Source of the DNA: Azolla caroliniana
Lineage: Eukaryota > Plantae > Polypodiophyta
Assembly: GCA_043228905.1 (NCBI GenBank)
Contig: JBHGNT010000897.1
Location: forward strand, 1-14,127
Direction of reading: 5' to 3'
DNA length: 14,127 bases
Both the position numbers and the translations under genes were made by a program. Under the pieces are notes generated by a model. That model worked only from the letters and a program-made list of their open reading frames with translations, made no database searches and was not told the DNA's origin. Positions 7,830 through 14,127 of this stretch are shown here, piece by piece; positions within the stretch are counted from its first letter, which is position 1; every line of letters begins with the position of its first letter.

Positions 7830-9530
7830 ATGGATTCGGATGAAGAAGAATCGGAAGAACCGGTTACCGAAGCTCCGGAACGGAGATATCCTCTAAGAGA
7901 GAGAAGGGCCCCCCGGAGATTTCCGGAACCAGAGCACGTGCTGCTAACCGACGAGGGGGAGCCGGAGAGCTTTGAAGAAGCAAAACATGACACCCAGAGC
8001 CGCAGGTGGTTGAGTGCCATGCAGGACGAAATGGATTCCCTGCATGAGAACCACACATATGAACTTGTGGAGTTGCCGAAAGGAAAGCGGGCACTTCGAA
8101 ACAAGTGGGTGTTCAAGCTGAAACCGGGAGATGCCGGAAACCCCCCGAGATACAAAGCCAGGATCGTGGTGAAGGGGTTCCAGCAGAAGAAGGGCGTCGA
8201 CTTCGACGAGATATTTGCCCCGGTAGTGAAGATGACCTCCATCCGGACGGTGCTGAGCATAGCGGCAAGCATGGACCTCGAGGTAGAACAGATGGACGTG
8301 AAGACGGCATTCCTTCACGGTGACCTCGATGAAGAGATCTACATGCAGCAACCAGAAGGATTCGAGAAGAAAGGGAAGGAGCACCTGGTATGCCGGTTGA
8401 AGAAGAGCCTTTACGGACTGAAGCAGGCTCCCCGGCAATGGTACCGGAAGTTCGACTCCTTCATGACCGACGAAGGGTACCTCAAAACGCAGTCCGACCA
8501 CTGCGTGTTTGTGAAGAAGTTTGAAGGAGGACACTCTCTAATACTCCTCCTGTACGTGGACGACATGTTGATCGTCGGACGGGACCAGGTCAAGATCCGG
8601 ATGCTGAAGAAGGCTCTTCACCGAACCTTCTCAATGAAGGACCTGGGTCCGGCGAGACAAATACTAGGGATGCACATCATCCGGGACCGGAGCAAGAAGC
8701 AGTTGTGGCTGTCACAGGAGAAGTACGTGACGAAGGTGCTTCACCGGTTCAACATGTCGGAAGCAAGACCGGTCGGATCGACCCTCCCGGCAAACTGCAA
8801 GCTGTCCAGCAAGCAAAGTCCCAAGACAAAGGCTGAGAAGGAGGATATGATGAAAGTGCCGTATGCCTCAGCCGTCGGGAGCTTGATGTACGCCATGGTG
8901 TGTACGAGACCGGACATAGGATATGCAGTCGGAGTGGTGAGCCGGTACATGAGCAATCCCGGCAAAGAGCATTGGAACGCGGCCAAGTGGATACTTCGAT
9001 ACCTGAAGGGCACGGCAAACGTGTGCCTCCGATTCGGCTCCGGTAAACCCGAACTCGACGGTTTCACCGATTCGGATATGTCGGCTGATGCAGATACCAG
9101 CCGGTCCACATCAGGGTATGTGATGACGTATGCAGGGGGAGCTGTTTCGTGGCAGTCGAGGCTGCAGAAGACGGTTGCGTTGTCAACCACGGAGGCAGAG
9201 TACATGGCGGCTGTTGAAGCCGGCAAGGAAATAATATGGATGAAGGACTTCATTAGAGAGCTCGGTATCCGGCAGGAGGAGTACCGACTCTACTGCGACA
9301 GTCAGAGTGCAATCCACCTTGCGAAGAATGCGGCCTATCACTCCCGGACGAAGCACATCCAGCGAAGATATCACTGGATCCGGGAAAGGATAGAAGACAA
9401 GGAGTTCGTGCTGACAAAGATCCACACGGACGAGAACGGATCGGATATGCTGACCAAGGTGCTCACACCCGACAAGCTGGAAGCATGCCGGAAGAGGATC
9501 GGATTGGAAAGACATCTCATGCCGAAGTGA
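7830..9530 (+). CDS. pol: Copia reverse transcriptase and RNase H (3' part of a frameshifted pol)
   Basis: YKARIVVKGF, QMDVKTAFLHG, KSLYGLKQAPRQW, LLYVDDML, RPDI, TDSD, STTEAEY, YCDSQSAI, RTKHI. The frame is open from 7698. Confidence 0.96.
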   Translation: MDSDEEESEEPVTEAPERRYPLRERRAPRRFPEPEHVLLTDEGEPESFEEAKHDTQSRRWLSAMQDEMDSLHENHTYELVELPKGKRALRNKWVFKLKPGDAGNPPRYKARIVVKGFQQKKGVDFDEIFAPVVKMTSIRTVLSIAASMDLEVEQMDVKTAFLHGDLDEEIYMQQPEGFEKKGKEHLVCRLKKSLYGLKQAPRQWYRKFDSFMTDEGYLKTQSDHCVFVKKFEGGHSLILLLYVDDMLIVGRDQVKIRMLKKALHRTFSMKDLGPARQILGMHIIRDRSKKQLWLSQEKYVTKVLHRFNMSEARPVGSTLPANCKLSSKQSPKTKAEKEDMMKVPYASAVGSLMYAMVCTRPDIGYAVGVVSRYMSNPGKEHWNAAKWILRYLKGTANVCLRFGSGKPELDGFTDSDMSADADTSRSTSGYVMTYAGGAVSWQSRLQKTVALSTTEAEYMAAVEAGKEIIWMKDFIRELGIRQEEYRLYCDSQSAIHLAKNAAYHSRTKHIQRRYHWIRERIEDKEFVLTKIHTDENGSDMLTKVLTPDKLEACRKRIGLERHLMPK

Positions 9531-9538
9531 AGGGGGAG
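9529..9538 (+). promoter_or_regulatory. Polypurine tract of element C
   Basis: GAAGGGGGAG followed by TT and the LTR's TG. Confidence 0.88.
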
Positions 9539-9540
9539 TT

Positions 9541-10149
9541 TGTTGGGATTACGGTCCCTTCGGATGGGATGGTCGGATGTCGGAGATGAATGCCGACAAG
9601 CCCGGTTTCGGTTTCGGAACCGGATGATGAAGACCCCGACTTCGGAGCCGGATGACGAATGTACCCGGAGAGCGATCCGAATACAGGGACATATCCGTGA
9701 ATATGTCTGCTATGGGCCCCTGAGGCTATAGTTGTAAATAGCCCCAAAGTCATATATGTATAAATATGACTTAGGGCAAACTGTTTTGTTGTTGCTTATC
9801 ATTTTTCTGTTTTTCCACTCAAGAGGAGTGAAGAGGGAGCAGCCGTGAGACAGAGTGAGAGATAGAGCGCGAGAGAGGAAGAGGACGACGCCTCTGTGTA
9901 TTTCCGCCGCCTGTGGCGAGGACAGCGAGCTCAAGGTCGTCGCCTTGGAGCTCGTCATTGTATACTTCTCTTGTATAGTGTTGTTTGGAGTCTTGTACTC
10001 CCGTGGTTTTTCCCATCTAGGGTTTTCCACGTTAATCCCTGTGTACTCGTGTGTTTCTCTCTTTTGGTTTCTATTTTCTGCTGCATTGATCCGCGATTAC
10101 TCGGTTGTGGCCGAGTGAAGAAGGTGAATCGAAGCATCGATTCCCAACA
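9541..10149 (+). repeat. 3' LTR of element C (609 bp; partner not in window)
   Basis: Follows the PPT; 8-bp inverted termini TGTTGGGA/TCCCAACA; TATAAATA at 9759-9766; GT-rich U5-like end; no PBS after it. Confidence 0.88.
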
Positions 10150-10323
10150 AATAGTTTGTCTGCCTGGCCGGACTAGCCTCAACACAGGTGTCTATCCGAC
10201 ACTTCTCCAAAGGGGTGGTAAGGATTGGACGCTAGGTTACACGTGTAAGATGATTACAATTAAGAACAGACGGTAAAACAATACAAAGACACAGATAAAC
10301 ACGCAATAATTACTTTTGTATTA

Positions 10324-10649
10324 CTTACACCCCTATGTATCTACCCCCTCTTGTACTATTTAACCCCCTATGGGGGATGAATGAAAGATGAATGAATCAT
10401 TTCTCTCTATCTATCTCTCTTTTCATCTCTCTCTCTCTCTCTCTCTCTCTCCCCCTCAACGTTGAATCCCCTTGGGAGGGGGGTGGAGCCATTCTAGGCA
10501 CCACCCCCCCACCCCGCAATGCTTGTCAATGCACATGATCTCTCTCACCATCATACTCTTCATCATCTTTGCTATTTCACCATGTCTATCTTCGTCATCG
10601 TTAACCATCATCATCCTTAACCCTAACCCTAACTCTAAAACCTACAACA
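10324..10649 (+). repeat. 5' LTR remnant of element D; contains (TC)13 at 10426-10451
   Basis: Matches 12773-13098 at constant offset 2449 with one substitution seen (GGGGGATG vs GGGGAATG); ends CCTACAACA; does not begin with TG. Confidence 0.9.
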
Positions 10650-10654
10650 CCTTT

Positions 10655-10665
10655 TGGCGACCACA
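10655..10665 (+). promoter_or_regulatory. Putative primer-binding site of element D (tRNA-Arg-like)
   Basis: TGGCGACCACA, 5 nt after the LTR end; matches 11 nt of the complement of plant tRNA-Arg(UCG) 3' end (...TGTGGTCGCCA) as recalled. Confidence 0.65.
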
Positions 10666-12170
10666 ACGGCGGACCCCCTTTGATGAAGAAGTCCAAGAAG
10701 TACAGATGGAGGAATGCATGAATGGCAACAATGGTTGTGCGAGGTTGCGATTAGTGTCAATGTGCGGGTTTCCGATGCGGTTAGCGACAATGTGCGTGTT
10801 TTTGAAAGCGTGGTGCAAGATGCACGGCTGTACAAACTGCGATGCAGTGGGAACCGGTGCCAGCACGACTGGAAAGAGAAGCCCACCAGGAGACTGCAGA
10901 GAAAGTCGCAGTGTGTGGAGCGGAGACCGGCAGGATGTGCTGAGAATGCACAAGAGGTGGTTCTAAAAGTAGCAACACAGAGAGAGTCGGAACCAGAATC
11001 GGAACCAGAACCGGAGCCGGTTAACACCGAAGGGCCGAAGAAGACGGAGGAGATGCAGATGCAAACCAGACATCAACCAATAGTGCTCGAAAGATACGGA
11101 CGGATGCACTAGACAAAGGTGACCAAAAAGACACAAGACACAATAGGATGGGTCAAATGGGCCGAACAGGCGACCACACAGACGGACAGACCAGACACAC
11201 GATTGGAAGACAGTGGGACGACGGCCGGACAGAGCCGAAGAGCGATAGAGACGATTTCCGAAATGCACAGCCACGACAATGGCAACAGCCAAATGATGGG
11301 ACATGGACACCGAAAAGCAACGGAGCCGGCGATGAGGACAGAGCCGCCGAAAAGCGAAGGAGACGATGACAACGATGAATAGCAATTCAAGCGGTCGGAT
11401 AGGCCGGAGAGTGACCATACATGAGCAATCGGAGCGGCCCGAGAAACGACTGGACAACAACCAGAACAGCGACACCGCCGAAAAGCGACAAGAATGGCCG
11501 GAGAACCGACGGCCAGAACGGCGATGACGTTGAAACGACGGGCCGGACAGACAATAACGGCCGAATTTGACTGACTGACCGGACGGAGTCGGAGACACAG
11601 ACAAACAGCCGAGAACGGACGGGCCGAACAGCAACGATTGGAGCGGCAGGATGATGCGGTAGCAGGTGTAAGGACCGGAAAGAGACGGACCACCACGGTT
11701 GGGCAACGGAAATGACGGCGGCAGCACAAAGAAGGAGATGACGTGCAAGCAAAGGGAGAGTGACGGTCGTGTTTCCTCCCTACCCCGAAACACCAAAATA
11801 GAACAAGAAGAAGTGGAAGAAACAAAGGAAGAAAGAGAGAAGATTTGCAGAAGACATCAAACAAGAAGAACTCGCAAAGAAAGAAAGAAGAGAAACGATG
11901 GAACAAAGAGGAAAGAGAAGCACCATTAGCAGTGGAAGAACAGAGAAAAGGAAATGAAAGACAAGAAGAACAGAAGATGCAACGGTTAACACCAAGAAGA
12001 AGGAAGCACGCAAGAGTAGAAGACTAGAGAAGACGCAAAATGTAAGGGGAAAAAAAAAAAAATGTAAGAAAATGAGAAGAAGACAAACAGAAAAATGGAA
12101 AAAATGACCTAAAAGTAAAAGTGAAATTATAGATGAAACCGAAAAACAAGAGAGAGGAAAAAAGAGAAGA

Positions 12171-12286
12171 GAGGGGCATTTGTGAGATTTTAAAAACTTG
12201 AGGTTAGCAAATGAAATTTCAAAACCGTGAGGGTACGGAATGAAATTTTAGAAATTTGAGGGTATAATACATCATTTTAAAAACTC
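12171..12286 (-). repeat. 4 x 29-bp diverged tandem array resembling a Mutator-like (MULE) terminal inverted repeat
   Basis: Units start GAGG at 12171, 12200, 12229 and 12258, with consensus like GAGGGTA...ATGAAATTTTAAAAACTT. The minus strand begins GAGTTTTT. No partner TIR found. Confidence 0.65.
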
Positions 12287-12629
12287 ATCAACTTGAATGA
12301 AATCAATGTAATTGAATCACGATAACTCACAAAATAGAAAGAAGAACACACATACACACAATGTTATTTTAGACCCATGACGAAGTTCGTAAGCCGACAG
12401 AACGAGAATGTTGTGTCGCGGAAAGATTTGCTGACCGACAAAGATGTTCGAGTCAAGCACTCCGATCGAGGGAGTCGATCGTTGAAAGGACCGATGGAAG
12501 TTCCGGTCGAAGAAATATCATCATCAAGGCATGTGGGATCGACGTGCAAGGCACTCTCCCACGGGCGTGCCATATTGTGTTACCCCGTACGAGATTTATG
12601 GAGAGTCAATGTGATGAGCGAGGGTCGAA

Positions 12630-13098
12630 TGTTATCATGATGTTGTTGTGTATGTGTAGGGGACATAAATGTAATTGTGAGTCTATACGTATGTGAACAC
12701 ATGCACACGTGTGTGCATGTGGATGGATACGAGGAGGTGCGAGTGAGTGTCCAGTATGAATGCTCGAGGGGGCTTACACCCCTATGTATCTACCCCCTCT
12801 TGTACTATTTAACCCCCTATGGGGAATGAATGAAAGATGAATGAATCATTTCTCTCTATCTATCTCTCTTTTCATCTCTCTCTCTCTCTCTCTCTCTCTC
12901 CCCCTCAACGTTGAATCCCCTTGGGAGGGGGGTGGAGCCATTCTAGGCACCACCCCCCCACCCCGCAATGCTTGTCAATGCACATGATCTCTCTCACCAT
13001 CATACTCTTCATCATCTTTGCTATTTCACCATGTCTATCTTCGTCATCGTTAACCATCATCATCCTTAACCCTAACCCTAACTCTAAAACCTACAACA
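12630..13098 (+). repeat. 3' LTR of element D (5' boundary tentative: 12630, 12641 or 12644)
   Basis: 12773-13098 duplicates 10324-10649. Candidate TGTT start follows a weak purine tract GAGCGAGGGTCGAA; ends AACA. Confidence 0.7.
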
Positions 13099-14127
13099 AA
13101 TGGAACCTGGGACATGGTTGACGCACCGAAAGGTGTGAAGCCAATCGGATGTAAGTGGGTATACAATGTTAAGTACAACACCGACAACTCGGTCAACCGA
13201 TACAAGGCCAGGTTGGTAGCGAAAGGCTACGCACAGAAGCACGACGTGGACTATCATGAGCTTGGAACGCAAAGATTACGCAACAGTTGTGTAGGATGGG
13301 GTTTGCGCCGTCGAAATCAGACTCTTCTCTATTTGTTCGGCAAGGACAATATGGACCGGTCAGTTTGCTCTTGTACGTTGATGATTTAGTCATCGCCGGT
13401 GCCGACCTTGACGAAATCCGCTGCGTGAAGTCTCGGCTTGCGGCATTGTTTGAAATGATGGATCTCGGGGACCTTCATTACTTCCTCGGGATCGAAGTGA
13501 TCCGTACCCCCGAAGGCATATTGATCAGCCAACGTCATTATGCGCTGAATATGCTCTTCAAGTTCGGGATGACAAACTGTAAGCCCATCTCGACCCCTCT
13601 GGATAGAAACCCGAAGCTTCGCCCAGATTCAGGCAAGGCGTGTGACCCGACACGGTTCTTACAGATTGTTGGAAGCCTCATCTATTTGACTATTACTCGG
13701 CCGGACCTCAGTTACCCGGTTGGCATGATCAGTCAATTCATGTCGCAGCCTACGGCCGAACACTTTCAGTGCGTGCAACGGATACTTCGATATGTAAGCG
13801 GCACGAAAGACATGACGTTGCTATATCGAGCTGGAGTAGCCGAACAGTTAGTCGACTACTCGGATGCCGATTGGGCCGGAAATGACCACGATCGTCGATC
13901 CACATCTGGATACACATTCTCATTAGGAAGTGTGGCGATTACGTGGAGCAGCAAGAAGCAGCCGACAGTAGCATTGTTGAGCACGGAGGCCGAATATCGA
14001 GGGGCGATTGTCGTTACGTGCGAAGTCATTTGGTTGAAACGGATATTACGGGATCTGTAGGTAGAGGTGTTTGATCCGACGATGATCCATTGCGACCACC
14101 TTAGCAATATTCACCTTGCAAAGAACC
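13099..14127 (+). pseudogene. pol: Element E: degenerate Ty1/copia RT and RNase H fragment, a different family from element C
   Basis: NGTWDMV...PIGCKWVY...RYKARLVAKGY...VDYHE, internal deletion/frameshift at ~13260, AWNAKI...LLYVDDLV...TRPDL...YSDADWAG...STEAEY, TAG at 14058-14060, then CDHLSNIHLAKN to the window end. Confidence 0.95.

Larger units (their letters stand above)
7116..10149 (+). mobile_element. Element C: 5'-truncated Ty1/copia retrotransposon, Tnt1/Tork-like
   Basis: INT-RT-RH order, PPT and 3' LTR are present. 5' LTR, gag, protease and integrase N-terminus are absent. Lineage inferred from resemblance to Tnt1-type motifs. Confidence 0.92.
10324..13098 (+). mobile_element. 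Element D: non-autonomous LTR element without recognisable retroelement domains (TRIM/LARD-like); 5' LTR truncated
   Basis: 326-bp direct repeats ending in CA; PBS-like motif after the first; the second abuts an interrupted copia RT. Confidence 0.72.

Noticed and set aside
10244-10329. 86-bp mini solo LTR with TGTAAG/CTTACA termini
   Set aside because: No TSD, and the right terminus is part of element D's LTR repeat.
10615-10645. Telomere-like CCCTAA repeats (also ~13065-13094)
   Set aside because: Only two perfect units inside an LTR end; at most telo-box-like, not a telomeric array.
10472-10966. ORF with signal-peptide-like N-terminus, repeated at 12921
   Set aside because: The N-terminus is translated LTR sequence and the two copies diverge at the LTR edge.
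10963-11906. Long minus-strand ORFs (277 and 265 aa)
   Set aside because: Overlapping frames in a biased-composition tract poor in stop codons; no domain motif.
12050-12062. A13 run as a LINE/SINE or retrocopy tail
   Set aside because: Embedded in an A-rich tract with local AAAATGTAAG repeats; no upstream element or TSD found.
12171-12286. CRISPR-like array
   Set aside because: Head-to-tail diverged units with no unique spacers, eukaryotic context, no cas genes.

Overview
Eukaryotic (land-plant-like) intergenic/heterochromatic DNA made almost entirely of nested, mostly broken LTR retrotransposons; I see no host gene. Left to right: (A) a GC-rich Ty3/gypsy element on the minus strand (protease ~6656-7110, RT 5336-6665, RT-thumb/RNase H/integrase 1-1699), with several inactivating lesions but an intact-looking -1 frameshift cassette; (B) a young 3636-bp non-autonomous Gag+protease-only LTR element (TR-GAG type, 1700-5335, tRNA-Trp PBS) inserted in A's RT, related to A, whose LTRs each carry two outward-facing tRNA-like Pol III A/B-box modules; (C) a 5'-truncated Tnt1/Tork-like Ty1/copia element (~7116-10149); (D) a non-coding LTR element (~10324-13098, tRNA-Arg-like PBS) with near-identical LTR segments that carries a Mutator-like TIR; (E) a degenerate copia RT/RNase H fragment (13099-end). 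All comparisons were made by eye; lineage names are inferences.
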